A DNA stretch of 63,604 bases, filler included, from Octopus bimaculoides (lineage: Eukaryota): assembly GCF_001194135.2 (NCBI RefSeq). It is 6 parts of 6 records of this genome, joined end to end, with 100 filler letters (N's around TTAATTAATTAA, not from the genome) between each part and the next. Parts side by side here need not be neighbours in the genome. Positions count along the whole stretch, not along the records: positions 1 to 26,226 come from NC_069003.1; 5 more parts are not named here. One strand, written 5' to 3'. The notes below the pieces were generated by a model that was not told the origin of the DNA, made no database searches, and was given only the letters and a program-made list of their open reading frames with translations. Below, one piece after another: positions 1-12,607 of this stretch. Position numbers and translations under genes: made by a program. Within the stretch, counting starts at the first letter, position 1. Each line of letters begins with the position of its first letter.

Positions 1-804
1 AATTACATGTGTGTGTGTTGTGCGTTTCTATGTATGCGTGTGTATCTATGTGTGTGTGTGTGTGTGTGTTTGGGTCAGCTTTACGGTTAGGACTATAGGG
101 TTAGTTGTCTCTTTGTCTTCTTTTTCGTGCATATATACGTACAGGTATGTGCATACCTACATCTACCTGTATGTATAGGTGCNNNNNNNNNNGTAACCAA
201 GGAAGGCCACATTTAGTTCTACTGTTAACCACAGGATATAATTATTTTCTGCTACACAATATTGGTAAAGATATTACGTTTACATCATGAAAACGACTAG
301 TGGTTACATGATAATATCCATTGCCGTATATGGAGAATATATCTCCGATATCTGCTGTTATTCATGTGTGGTTCAAAGGTTTATTTCGACCTCGTTTGTG
401 AGATTAAGAAGTAGAGAAATGGGAAGCAGAAGTGTGTCTATTGTCTGTCAGTGCTTTCTCTACCATAATGTTCGCGAATTTGAGAATCCACCTTCCACTA
501 GCAATTACATGTGTGTGTGTTGTGCGTTTCTATGTATGCGTGTGTATCTATGTGTGTGTGTGTGTGTGTGTTTGGGTCAGCTTTACGGTTAGGACTATAG
601 GGTTAGTTGTCTCTTTGTCTTCTTTTTCGTGCATATATACGTACAGGTATGTGCATACCTACATCTACCTGTATGTATAGGTGCATATCTGGATACAGGA
701 CATTGTAAACTAAATGTAGACAAGAAAATAATAATGAACCAGAGTACAGAAAACACACAGGCCACATAGAGAACATTTTCCTTCATCAGCTACCCCCATT
801 TTAA

Positions 805-1007
805 CACCGGCAGCTGCAAAAACGTGCCCAGCGCTGCAAGAACAAGCCCGGCACCGCAAGAATGTTCTCAGCGTCTGGCCCCACAAGAAGGTGCCCAGCC
901 CCGCAAGAACATATCTGGTGCTGCAAGAACGTGCCTGGGGCTGCTAGAACGTGCCTCGACTTTATGGCCACTGTGCAAATGTTTTGACCCCGACTTTATG
1001 GCCACTG
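805..1007. mobile_element. piggyBac-like non-autonomous element with an internal ~20-bp tandem repeat
   Basis: Flanked by TTAA at 801-804 and 1008-1011; ends CACCGGC.../...GCCACTG (imperfect TIR); internal GCTGCAAGAACGTGCCCAGC-like units. Confidence 0.5.
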
Positions 1008-2625
1008 TTAATTAATTCAAAGTATTAAAAATCCTAGACTTCACGAACTGAAAGGAGAAATCTTTAATAATACGATTAATTGTGTTCAGATTGGATGTTT
1101 ATTTTTATTTCGTTTCGTTTACATTTTAAGTTAGTTTCGTATTATACACAAAATAACTGAATTGAGATTTATTAAAAGAGAATAAAAATAGCAAAAAAAT
1201 ATTTAAAAGTGTCATAAACCAGTTCAAAGAAGGCTTTTATCCAAATTTTATTTCTGTTCACCATCTAATCTGTTAATCACAGCTGTCCAAAGATAGTATC
1301 AATGTATGCCACACTTTCGTACTCAATACAAAATAATATATTTATATTTTTTATATATATAGAGATTGTAGGAAGGAATTAATGATAGGATATTATAATT
1401 CATAAGAATCTTCCCTGCTGAGTGAAAAGTATTTGAAGGGGTAAAATTCTAGAAGTTCTTGGAGAAAGTAATGATTTCCAGCTTACAAAATTATTTTAAC
1501 TCAAGAACTTTAGCATGTTAGTAATACATGTTAAATAAATGAAAAGCATGATGAACGAGTAAAAACTAGAGAAGTTTCTTAGCTTAGCGGCTGGACATTT
1601 CGTGTTGTGATATGATGGTGGTATGTATGTATTGTAGGTTTTAAGATAAAAAAGACAGTGTTTTTCCAGTGCAGCACACAACTTGAATTCTTGGCTATCT
1701 ACACCTTTACATTGGAATCATGAGTGGAAATTGAAAGTCCATCGATGTAGAAATTCCAGGTAACATCACCAATAAAACCAATGTATGGGTTTCACAAAGA
1801 ATAAAATCAGACAATGAAGATTGATTTTAGCACATCCTTCGTACTCGCTGCAATCATTTGTTTCAGTGCCACTTCATTAAACAATGGTTTAATGTGAAAA
1901 CTTACACAGTATTTGCAGTTGGTTACATTGGAACGGCATTTCATCAGACTTATACCAAAGTGTGCACTCATACATACATTGTGCATGCCTGCTTTTCATT
2001 ATTTTTATGTTAATTACATAAGGATGAAACAATAAGTAAAAAGTGAGAAGAAAGATTGAGAAATAATTGACACTACACACTTTATATCTACTTATCTACA
2101 CACCACACAAATGCTGTAAGTGGATTGCTTTGTGTCTTGCTATACTTTCTGTTCTGTGTAAGTCAAATATTCTGCTGACAACTTCCTCTACATTGTATAT
2201 AGTGACTATAATCCTGTACAATTGTTTTCCTTCATATTATTAAGTCACTAAATACACTTATTGTTATAGCCACACCGTCATCCCACCTCACCTTTCCCAC
2301 TCAGATTGGTCATCATGTATCCCTCAGGTATTTTTATAAAATATCAGGATGTTTGTGATTTGTATTTTGACCCTGTCTAATGTTGAACTTAGTATGATCA
2401 AATGCTCTTTATAAATCACATTTAAAATTTGCCATCATTGATTATCAATTCAAGAAATGCATAAAAGAAATATTAAATTTATGTTTCATTTTATGTATAG
2501 ATACACATGCGCACATACATATATATGTATGCATACATGTCTACATGTGCATGTATGCATATACACACACACACACCTATGTATGTGTATGTGTTTATGT
2601 ATGTATGTATGTATGTATGTATATG

Positions 2626-2667
<42 letters not shown>

Positions 2668-3586
2668 AGTTAAGGAATGGAGTAGATAAAATACAGGCTA
2701 CCTATGTTACATAGCAAGTGGAACTGCGGAAGTGATAAATATCCAAGTGAGGTGTATACTACAGGCTACTTGTCAGGCCAAGAGTATCTTGATTAAATGT
2801 AGCCTGGATCTTATCAATGTATTTATTAACTTTTAGATTCTCATTTGCATACCTAGCAACCCTCGTTGTTGACTGTAAAATAAAAAAAAAATTTTTTAGC
2901 CTATCATACTTCGATAGAAAAAAATCCACAACATTCTGCCCCAATAAACAACTATTGTTCCTGAAAGCTGTTCTTTATATTTACTACAGACTGTTTGAAA
3001 ATTTGTTCCCACACCTCAAACAAGAGTCTAATCAAAGAGTTTGAAATAATTACATATCTAATTAAATAGTTTAAAACAAGAGTCTAATTAAAGAGTTTGA
3101 AATAATTAAATCGTTTTAATTATTTACATTGCTCACTTAAGCATTTTAAAACATTTACACTTGTAAAACAGTTGTTCAGTTTAACAGCACAATGTAGCCA
3201 TTGGAGTACACTTTGTAGTAAGTACCCTGGTCAGGCCATCAGGCCTCTAGCCTCAGGATAATGCCTTCTTCCCCTTTTAACCAGTCTCAAAGGTCCTATA
3301 AAAGCTAACTAGTGATATCTTTCCTGTTCTGACAAAGCAATTACAAAATCTTTTTCAAACAGTTTAAAATCAGTAAGTGTAGTAGTTTAAACCTACTTAT
3401 TAAAAGGAAGATCAGGAATATTGAAAATTCTTTAAAATCTATATAAACTGGACTATTGCAGAGTCAAGAAATCCCTTCCACTAAACATCAGTCTTGGTGG
3501 GGATGGTAGTGGAAGGGATTTCTTAAATCCGAAATTTTCAAGATGTAAGCAGTCTAAATATATTACAAGAAGTTTTGTAGATCAAC

Positions 3587-3691
3587 TCATAACTTAGTAT
3601 TGTCACTGGATATATAGAAGATAGCCTTTTTATTAGTAGAATGTTCATCTTCTTCAAGCTCTGTTGGCATATCTTTTGGTTGAGATTCTTC
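3587..3691 (-). CDS. SLC4: SLC4 probable terminal coding exon
   Basis: ttttatttatag acceptor, then EESQPKDMPTELEEDEHSTNKKAIFYISSDNTKL* in phase 0. Acidic tail ending in a class I PDZ-type T-x-L. The C-terminus is poorly conserved, so support is splice signal, phase and motif. Confidence 0.72.
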   Translation of the reverse strand, partial: EESQPKDMPTELEEDEHSTNKKAIFYISSDNTKL

Positions 3692-4249
3692 CTATAAATA
3701 AAATGACAAAATTAATAAATGAAAAGATTATATACTCGTTCTTTAAAAAGGTGGTTCTAGAATAGCAAAGTAGCTCCCACCCATTTCAAGATAAGGCTAT
3801 TAGTATTGAAAAGTGGGAATGAGTATGTTGGCTCATTTAATGAAAAATAAGATGATTTTGAACTTTTTAAACTTGCCCAACACATGGCAAAGAAAGAAAG
3901 AATTATATGGGAGAAAGGAGCAAACCATTTCACTGATATATTTTGTTTAGGTGGATTGGGGAGCTGGTATTTGCCAATAGTATACTGAGCATCAATTTAG
4001 TCCCCCTGCCCTTTAAAAAAAAAAAAATCATACTTCTTGTTGATGACAGCAGAGCCAATTGTCAACTTGAAACTGTTCAAGAGGAGTGTTAATTACATTA
4101 TCCCCACTGGTTTAGAAATCCCTATTAAGGCCATAGGTATAGTCCCTTTTTTGAGACTAAATTACCAGGAAGTGGGAACAGCATAAACATTAGTATCTCA
4201 TATCACATTATTAGCACTGTGAACCAAACTAACAATCATTATTAAAATG

Positions 4250-4660
4250 TAAGGTGGGGAGCTGCCAGAACCATTAGCATACTGGGCAAAATGCTTAGAG
4301 GTATTTCATCTGCTGCTATGTTTTGAGTTCAAATTCCACTGAGGTCAACTTTGTCTTTCATCCTTTTTGGGGTCAATTAAATTAATTACCGGTGATACAC
4401 TGGGGTCGATGTCATTGACTATCACCCTCCCCGCAAAATTTCAGGCTTTACGCCTATTATAGAAAAGATTATTAATGAGAACTGTATGGTGGCAAGCTGA
4501 CAGAATTATTAGAATGTCAGGCAAAATGCTTGTCTTTACTTTTCATCTTTTTTGAGTCAATAAATTAGTACCAGTCAAGTAGTAAGGTCGATGACATTGA
4601 CTACCGTCCTCTCAACAAATTGCAGGCCTTGTCTCTATGGTAGAAAGGATTATAAAAGAT
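4250..4660 (+). mobile_element. two tandem tRNA-derived SINE copies
   Basis: AAGGTGGGGAGCTGCCAGAA..GTTCAAATTCCACTGAGGTCAACTTTG...GGGGTCGATGTCATTGACT...AAAAGATTATT. Same family at 27460-27680, 61220-61400 and 61840-62060. Confidence 0.75.
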
Positions 4661-6720
4661 AACTGTAGGACCTGAGAAAGCTAGCAATGGTCTGGGATGG
4701 AAATTAATAAACAGTTCAAAACTGGAATAAAATTGGTTTACTGAGTGGAAGGTGATGTCTCATTGAATAAAAATACTTCTCTTTTCCACAGCAAATCAAT
4801 TTATTCCACCTGTAAATTGCTGCGCTGCTTATGTTTAACATCAAGTCAGACTTGATGACAGAAAAAGAAAAAAAAAAAAAAAAACCTTTCTTATTTCAAC
4901 CATACTGTCTTTTTATCTAGGATTACCTTGTGTAATGTGATCCTCCATTCCCCCTTAAAACAGTGGAGTATAATTTTAGAAAGATGTTTAGTTGCTATTT
5001 CTAGCATGTAGGGCCACCACCAAACTCCTCGGTTGGTTCCTCTACTTAACTGCTAATTAGTACTACGAAATAGAAAACAATTTCTTTCTGTAAGCAGAAG
5101 CAGGGCTGAAGTTATAAAATTCAAAAAGGCTGTCATTTAGCTCCAGATCATTTTGAACAGGCAGATCTATGGTTTTTCCAAACATCCTGTCTTTTTGTAA
5201 GTCACAGACTACAATATCAAATATACCCTTTACTTCACATGGGTGTGCTTTAGAAAACTTGGCTACTATTTCTATTAGGCTCCCTTGTTGACTTGTATTT
5301 ACAAATGTTTTGTTAGCACGCAGCACTGAGTTCATTATCTCATGGATATATATAGTTTGAAGAGGAAATGTTTCTACAAGCTGGCTTGTCTTAGTTACTC
5401 TATATGGAAATGGTACACTCTGATTCAGGAGTGGCAAACAAACAGCCTGTTGAAATGTTTAGGTAGGCTCCCAATTCTATTTTGTACAAAGAAACTTTTT
5501 TACATATGTTTCTTAATCTTAAGATATCATATAAAATATGTATTATTTCCTGGAATTAATATATGTACCACTCATAATTATCATAGGTTCTGATTAGTCA
5601 AATTAGTCAAATTAGTACACCTAAAGAAATCTTTTGTTGACCAATAGAAAAGAGGCTTATTAATCTATAAGCTGAAAGATGTGACACATCCACCTCAACC
5701 CCGCACCAAATTTACATATTCTAACTTCATCATGAACTTTAAACTGCAAAATGTTTCCTTGATTAGGAGTCCACACTGTGAGGTGGTTGAAGATAAGAAT
5801 GATGTTCAACTATAAAAGAGCCCCAAGGAAGAAAGGTATGTAGAAGATATGACTTTTGCAAGCCAGTGTTGATAAGTTGACTAGAAGAGTAGTAACTCGA
5901 CAAAAACTGATACAACATGATGGCACAATGAAATACTTCCAGTGTGTGGTGTGATTGATCTAAATCATGGAAAAACCAACATAAAATGATGAAGATGGCA
6001 TCAACTAACCATTTCACTTCTATTTCATTGCAGATCAAATTTTAATATTTTTCTTGCAGCAGCTATCATTAAATACCTATATAGTAGGTTTTTAAATAAA
6101 ATGATATTGAAACCAAATCTGCTACAAATTTAGAAGGTTTGAAGAACGGAAAAGACTTAAGATTGTTACTGTTTATAGCTGTATGCCAGTTATTCTGTCT
6201 TGTGGTATAGTATCTATCCAGAACCTGCAGAAACTACTAGGCAATTATGAGTTAAGTGTCTTGCTCATAGACACTGGAGAGGGACATCATGTTCACAACT
6301 CTAAACTAATATTTCTTGCAGCAGGCATTCTTGGTTATTTGTCCCTGTTCAGTCAATCATTTTAAGTTATAACATCACTATCATTCTATATACTTTTCTA
6401 GTTATTCTAAGATTTGGTAGTTAAAGTTAAATTTAGCCTTATTACACCTCTTCAGTGAAGCTTAAAACATGTCTGCAGTTGTTGCAGTACTATAAAATTT
6501 CAGATTTAATGTCCACTGAATTTAAACCAAGAGTTATCTTCCCTGCATTTCTCTTATTTTATCATATCTTGTACAGGTATAATTTCAGAATTTCTTGACA
6601 CACACACATGTCACTCAATTTACCATAGCTCCTTAGTTAGCTATCTCAGAGCCCATCAACTTAAAATGTCTCTAACTTAAGTGTATCAATGACACAAATG
6701 AATAAATATCTACATATTAA

Positions 6721-7170
6721 GCATAGGAGTGGCTGTGTGTTAAGTAGCTTGCTTACGAACCACATGGTTCCAGGTTCAGTCCCACTGTGTGGCACCTTGG
6801 GCAAGTGTCTTCTACTATAGCCTCGGGCCAACCAAAGCCTTGTGAGTGGATTTGGTAGACATAAACTGAAAGAAGCCCGTCGTATATATGCATGTGAGTG
6901 TATATGTTTGTGTGTCTGTGTTTGTCCCCCCCACCCNNNNNNNNNNNNNNNNNNNNNNNNNNNNNNNNNNNNNNNNNNNNNNNNNNNNNNNNNNNNNNNN
7001 NGACAACCGATGCTGGTGTGTTTACATCCCTGAAACTTAGCAGTTCGGCAAAAGAGACCAATAGAATAAGTACTAGGCTTACAAAGAATAAGTCCTGGGG
7101 TCGATTTGCTCGACTAAATGCGGTGCTCCAGCATGGCCACAGTTAAATGACTGAAACAAGTAAAAGAGTA
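6721..7170 (+). mobile_element. tRNA-derived SINE with an internal (TG)n spacer (abundant family)
   Basis: GGAGTGGCTGTGTG..GGTTCAGTCCCACTG..CTTGTGAGTGGATTTGGTAGAC...CTCCAGCATGGCCACAG. Relatives at 22555-22720, 23575-23915, 25740-26100, 31250-31680, 32085-32260, 47255-47440 and 52055-52150. Confidence 0.8.
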
Positions 7171-7729
7171 TTATAAGTACCAACTTGAAAGAGAACAGAA
7201 AAACAAAGTTCACCAACACTAAACCTGCTTTTCTTGGTGATGGAAAATGAAGGAAGCCTGATGTGGGTGTGTCCTTGTCTTGACATCAAAAGATAGTTAT
7301 AAATGAGCCTTCTGTGAAAATGTCTCTGGCCATAGTGAAATATTACCTTGCTTGGTGGCAGATGAGAGTGGCTACAAGATGACATCAGACCATAGAAAAT
7401 ATGTCTCTGAATTCCACATGACTACTGCTAGCATGGAAACATGCACACAAGAACAATGACAGTAATAATGACGAATCCTTGTGACAAAGTTGAACCATTA
7501 GATAACTGGTACAAACCATCTAACGAACTTTCATACAGTTTCTCGTTATCTATTTTCATTCAAAAACTTGTGTTGACCTGTGGCTATGGTAAAAGATATT
7601 TACTCAAGATGCCATGCAATAGAATCAAGCCTAGAACCTTATGAAAGCAAATTACTGTTCTTAACTATTTGGCTATGCTTCATCGAAATAAAGTAATGAA
7701 ACATAACAGCAAGACAACTCTTTACTTAC

Positions 7730-7843
7730 TTTCTCTTTAGGTTTCTCTTGATGTTTTCCTGGTAAGATGTCATCCAACCATTTCAGTTCTCTTTGAGTAA
7801 AGACAAAATCTAACATCTTCCTTACAGCACATGTAGCCAAGAC
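7730..7843 (-). CDS. SLC4: SLC4 exon (end of TM14 and proximal C-terminus)
   Basis: VLATCAVRKMLDFVFTQRELKWLDDILPGKHQEKPKEK (compare RELSWLDDLMP); ttatag acceptor, GTAAGT donor; 114 nt. Not in the ORF track. Confidence 0.94.
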
Positions 7844-8589
7844 CTATAAAGTAGGATTCAAATGAGATGAAAACCAAAGAAAATGAAAACTAAGTTACCA
7901 AAGGTGCTGACCTAATTGAATAATCAATAGTTTAACTCTTTTTAATTGATGGTATGCTGTAACAGTAACTTTTTAAACCAAGTAATCTGCTCAAAATAAG
8001 CATCATAGTGGTATAGCTCATTTGGATGAGTACATGATGCCCTTTGAGGAGAAACTATCATGAGACCATTAGCCAACAACTGGTAATGATGTGGCTAATA
8101 TTCAATTTTTATTTTAAACAATCTGCATTTGTTGCCTAACAATGTTTTCTGTATACTCTGCATATGATATCTGGTAGTAATTCCTGCATTGAATGTCAAC
8201 TAGATGTGGTTTATTTCTTCTAAGGTCTGTGGTTTTTGTTTAAAGAACTCATGTACAACTTACTCAGACGACAGAAAGTTTATTCTCGTTTCTGTTGCAG
8301 TTAAACAGGATTTGTCAATATTACATGGAAAGTAGTATTAATTTTTATTTTATGTTAGTTCTGAAGACCATTGTCATCAATTTTAAGCTTGCAAACTTTA
8401 GCAAAGTAGTTAAACTCTTTTTTTTCTTTTTTCTGATATAAATGTTAGTTCAGCTCATATATGTAACAAAACTCTGGCCAAGGTTTCATCTACAAACTCT
8501 GAATTGATTCTACTCAAAGTAAATCTTGGTATTTTCCTCTTTTAGTGAAGGAGTTTGGCTTAATGGCTGAGATGTTGCATTCACAATTG

Positions 8590-9815
8590 TGAGATCCTGA
8601 TTTTGATTGTACCCCCCAGCATAGACAAGTCATTAGTGACTTTAGACTTGAGGCCAGAAGGATGCCAAGAAGCAGACCAAGCCAGAAAAGAAGGATTTGG
8701 AAGCTAAAGAACCCTTCAAATGGCCAGAGATTTAGGGACATCCTCATCAAGAAATTTGATGAGAGGGAGGAGGAGCTACAGACATTGGACATAGAAGGTA
8801 CCTGGAAATTGCTATGGGACAGCTTGCTGAGTGCCACAGACCAAGTCTGCGGATGGTGCCAAGTCACTTCCAAACGTGATGGTGGAATAATACGGTAGGC
8901 AAAGCCATTACAGCAAAGAAACAGGCCTGGAAATCCTGGAAGGGTGGGGGTAGCAGGGAACTGTACCAGGTAGCCAGAAGGGAGGCTGGGCAACAGGTGT
9001 ACAAGGCCAAGGGCGAAGCAGAAAAGAAGAAGTTTGCCAATGTCCAGCAACGTTAGGACCAAAGAACTGAGGTATTTCAGATTGCAAGACAGTGTGTGAG
9101 AGAAAATTGTGATGTCACAGGAGAGAAATGTGGGAATCTGGAGTAGACCCAGGAAGACATGGGATGAGGTGGTGAAGCATGACCTTTGAACGTTGGGCCT
9201 CACAGAGGCAATGACAAAAGACCAAGACCTCTGGAGATATGCTGTGACTGAGAAGACCCAGCAAATAAAGTGAGATCACAGCTGTAACCTACGCCAGTGT
9301 CGCATAACCAGCCAACTCAAAAGTACCCTTGGATTGTAGGGTGACATGCTGTGCTTGAGGAGACCTATTGAGTCAAGTACATCAACATCAAATGAAATCA
9401 AATCACAATCATGGAAGTTGTAGTTGTGGTCCCCATGCCGGTAGCGCATAAAAAGCACCATCTGTGGTCGATGCCAGCCCCCTATCCTAAGCCGGCTTCT
9501 GTGCCGGAGGCACGTAAAAAGCACCATCCAAACGTGGCCGATGCCAGCACCACCTTGAATGGCTCCCATACCAGTGGCATGTAAAAAGCACCATCCGATT
9601 GTGGTTGATGCCAGCCCCCTCTGGCCCCTGTGCTGCTGGCACATAAAAAGCACCCACTACACTCTTGGAGTGGTTGGCGTTAGGAAGGGTATCCAGCTGT
9701 AGAAACATTGCCATATCAGACTGGAACCTGGTGCGGCTTCCTGGCTTTCCAGACCCCAGTCAAACCATCCAACCCATGCCAGCATGGAAAACGGATGTTA
9801 AACGATGATGATTGG
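8590..9815 (+). mobile_element. RTE-clade LINE fragment, internally deleted, with 3' tail
   Basis: Degenerate ORF2 pieces (RRIWKLKNP, WKLLWDSLLSATDQVCGW, KKQAWKSWK..., RPRKTWDEVVKHDL), then ~55-60-bp tandem units and the AAACGATGATGA tail shared with 14110-14132. Confidence 0.85.
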
Positions 9816-10538
9816 CTGTACGTTTTGTTCTTGAGTAAAACATTTCGTTTTGTATCACTCCAATCCACTCAGCTGTATACAGCTAGCCTTGCAAGGGTTT
9901 GGTGTACATTGGTGTGATGATTACTCTGGAAGATCTCCTTAATGGAAGTCACATGACTCCCATTTTGTACTCAGTGATCAAAGTACAGTGAATCCCAACT
10001 GATTGAAATTGATTGTTAAATTACTTTGAAGGATGCTGAGCAGTGTTTGTAATATCTATATACTTCTTTGGGTTAGGAACAAGAAAATTATAGTCTTCCT
10101 TCTATTACTATCTTCCAACCTTCCTTGGCTTCAGAAGAAATTGTGAATTTTAACTCATTCTATTCGCTTCAAATACATAAAATAAATAACAAGAGGTTAC
10201 ACCTTAGTTTGAAATATCTTACACATTTTTAGCCCTCAGCCTTTTGGCTGATGGAATAAGCTACATGCACAATCTTTTCCCCCACCACTACAATATAATA
10301 TGGTATCTAGAATATAGTCACTGCAAGAAAACAAAAAATAACTTGTGACCTATTTTGACCAGCTGGCCCACTTACACCTCTATGCATAGCCACACACATG
10401 GCAACAACATGGCAACAACATGGCAATAACATGGACAACAAATATAAAAAGTATTGCAAGTACAAATACAGTTGCACACACACACAAATAGGGTATAAGT
10501 GGAACAGAACACAATTTACCAGGAGACCAGTTACTCAC

Positions 10539-10715
10539 CATCAAAGGAAAAGCAATGGATATAGTCTTTATACTCTTCACAATCACAAGTATTGCAAGAC
10601 ATATAACTTGAATTACTGTGAAAATATGTACACGAAAGAGTTGAACATGACGTAGGTATGGAAGATCTTCCTGGTGCTTCTTTGGTACGAGAAACAGTTG
10701 AAGTCGAGTCATCAG
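10539..10715 (-). CDS. SLC4: SLC4 exon (to TM13/14)
   Basis: LMTRLQLFLVPKKHQEDLPYLRHVQLFRVHIFTVIQVICLAILVIVKSIKTISIAFPLM; cag acceptor, GTGAGT donor; 177 nt. Confidence 0.95.
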
Positions 10716-11554
10716 CTGTAAAATGGAAAATTTGGGGAAATGTCTAAGATGAGTTACTTTTAATAAGATTATCATTTTTTAGACTATCAACCCTAAACTT
10801 AAGAATTTTTTTAATGTATTTACATCATTCATTTTTCTCAGACATCACTTTCTCTTGCCTTCCATCAACACAGTCTTCCTATTACTATTTCGTCTATTGC
10901 CCTAGTTCTCCCCTTTGTCAACTACTGTTCACTGATCATCATAGTTTCACACCACAAATACATCCCAGCCTGTCTTACATGAGCACTCAGCCTTTTCTTC
11001 CACAGTTACAATGGTCTCTGCTTCTCAAAGCTAGCCAGGCTAACCCCGCCTTCACTCAAGCATTCTTCTCCAACTTTCATCTCCCTTCTTTTGCTCAGTT
11101 TTAATACAGCATGGCACTAATGCATAAACATATTGGGAACTGTACAGAAGGTTTTAGACTTCACATAGATGTGCATGTATATATGTATACATACATGTGT
11201 ATCTAAGTGCATGTATGCATGTGAATATGAACATATATATATATATATACTCACACACACACACATATATATATATATACATAAATTTATATAAATGAGG
11301 ATAAGATCAATATTTAAAATATCGATTTTATCAAGTGGCCAGCATGGGAATAAAAACCATCAAAGGTAATAATTATTTAAATTTATAATTAAGGGTATCT
11401 AAGAGACACCACCACGCTGGAAATAGCAGTCAAGCTTTGACTGCTATTTCANNNNNNNNNNNNNNNNNNNNNNNNNNNNNNNNNNNNNNNNNNNNNNNNN
11501 NNNNNNNNNNNNNNNNNNNNNNNNNNNNNNNNNATAAATTTATATATATATATA

Positions 11555-12120
11555 TATCATCACTCATGTCGATACCCAGGTCTCTCACTGATTTAAGCTC
11601 TGGGATTGAAATTCCCTGCGGACCAGTGTACTCTGTAAGTTTCATATTCAGTTTTGGACGTTGGTAGTGGAGGGCTTGGAATTTTTCAGCATTAAATTGC
11701 ATATTATTATCCTCAGCCCATCTGTAAATTGAGTCCAAGTCCTGCTGCAGGTATGCAACATTGCTGGGGTACTGTATTTTCTGAAATACTTTTGTATCGT
11801 TTGCGTAGTTAGCAAGGGTTTCTATCCAAGCAGTTGAAGGCATAGCTGAGAGGGCCACTATGAAAAGCAGTGGTCCCAAGACAGTGCCCTGTGGAACACT
11901 ACTCACTATTTGTGTTTTCATTGAGGTGGTTCCATTGGCCACTACTGCCTGACTTCTATCTTTCAGAAAGTCATGTAAGCACTCTCCAAGTTTTCCAGCT
12001 ATACTGAGATCATGCAGTTTGTGGCATGTCCTACTATGATCCACTTTATGAAAAGCAAAGCATATTACATCCACATTTGAGTTGTTGAGTAACTCCCTCA
12101 ACACCCAGTGATGTCCAGTG
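11555..12120 (-). mobile_element. CR1/L2-group LINE reverse transcriptase fragment
   Basis: VPQGTVLGPLLF, YANDTKVF (degenerate YADD) and LQQDLDSIYRWAEDNNMQFNAEKF. Confidence 0.88.
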
Positions 12121-12477
12121 GCTTCTAATGGCAGAAGTCTGAACTGTGAAGTGCTTGTCCCAGAGAGAATGTTTCTGGTTACTTTTGGGTACCCTCTCTT
12201 ATATACACACATGCATATACACACACACACACACAGACAGTGTGTAAGGGGTTATTGAAGTCACTTATATATCAGTATATTACTTTTTTGAAACCAAAAT
12301 CAATGAAAAGGCTCATTAGATCCTTCACAGGAGATAAAATGCTAATACAAAAAATGAAAATACATGCAGTCATACTATGCAGAAAATAAAACTTAACTGG
12401 AAAGAACATGCTAATATAAAATCAGTGGGGAAAAAAAAATGAAAAAAAAAAAATTTGGAATACTATAAAATACTTAC

Positions 12478-12546
12478 TTGCATACCAGAGAGAGCTACTA
12501 CACCCATATACAAGAATACACCATATAATACTGGCATAGGAATAAT
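12478..12546 (-). CDS. SLC4: SLC4 exon (TM12)
   Basis: IIPMPVLYGVFLYMGVVALSGMQ carries the PMPVLYGVFLYMG signature; tttaag acceptor, GTAAGT donor; 69 nt. Not in the ORF track. Confidence 0.96.
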
Positions 12547-12607
12547 CTTAAAAAGAGATAAAATTATGATTTATTTACATTTAGTGTATCTCATGCAATT
12601 CTAGACT

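Noticed and set aside
1-682. Exact duplication of 1-182 at 502-682
   Set aside because: The copies are identical and the first ends at a 10-N gap; most likely unmerged contig overlap.
5063-6040. ORFs of 124 and 91 aa inside the last SLC4 intron
   Set aside because: No SLC4 similarity or splice-phase fit; faint resemblance to old LINE remnants, too decayed to call.
6448-6489. Possible 42-nt in-frame alternative SLC4 exon (YCNNCRHVLSFTEE)
   Set aside because: Weak pyrimidine tract, non-consensus donor (GTGTAA) and no homology support; chance is likely without RNA data.
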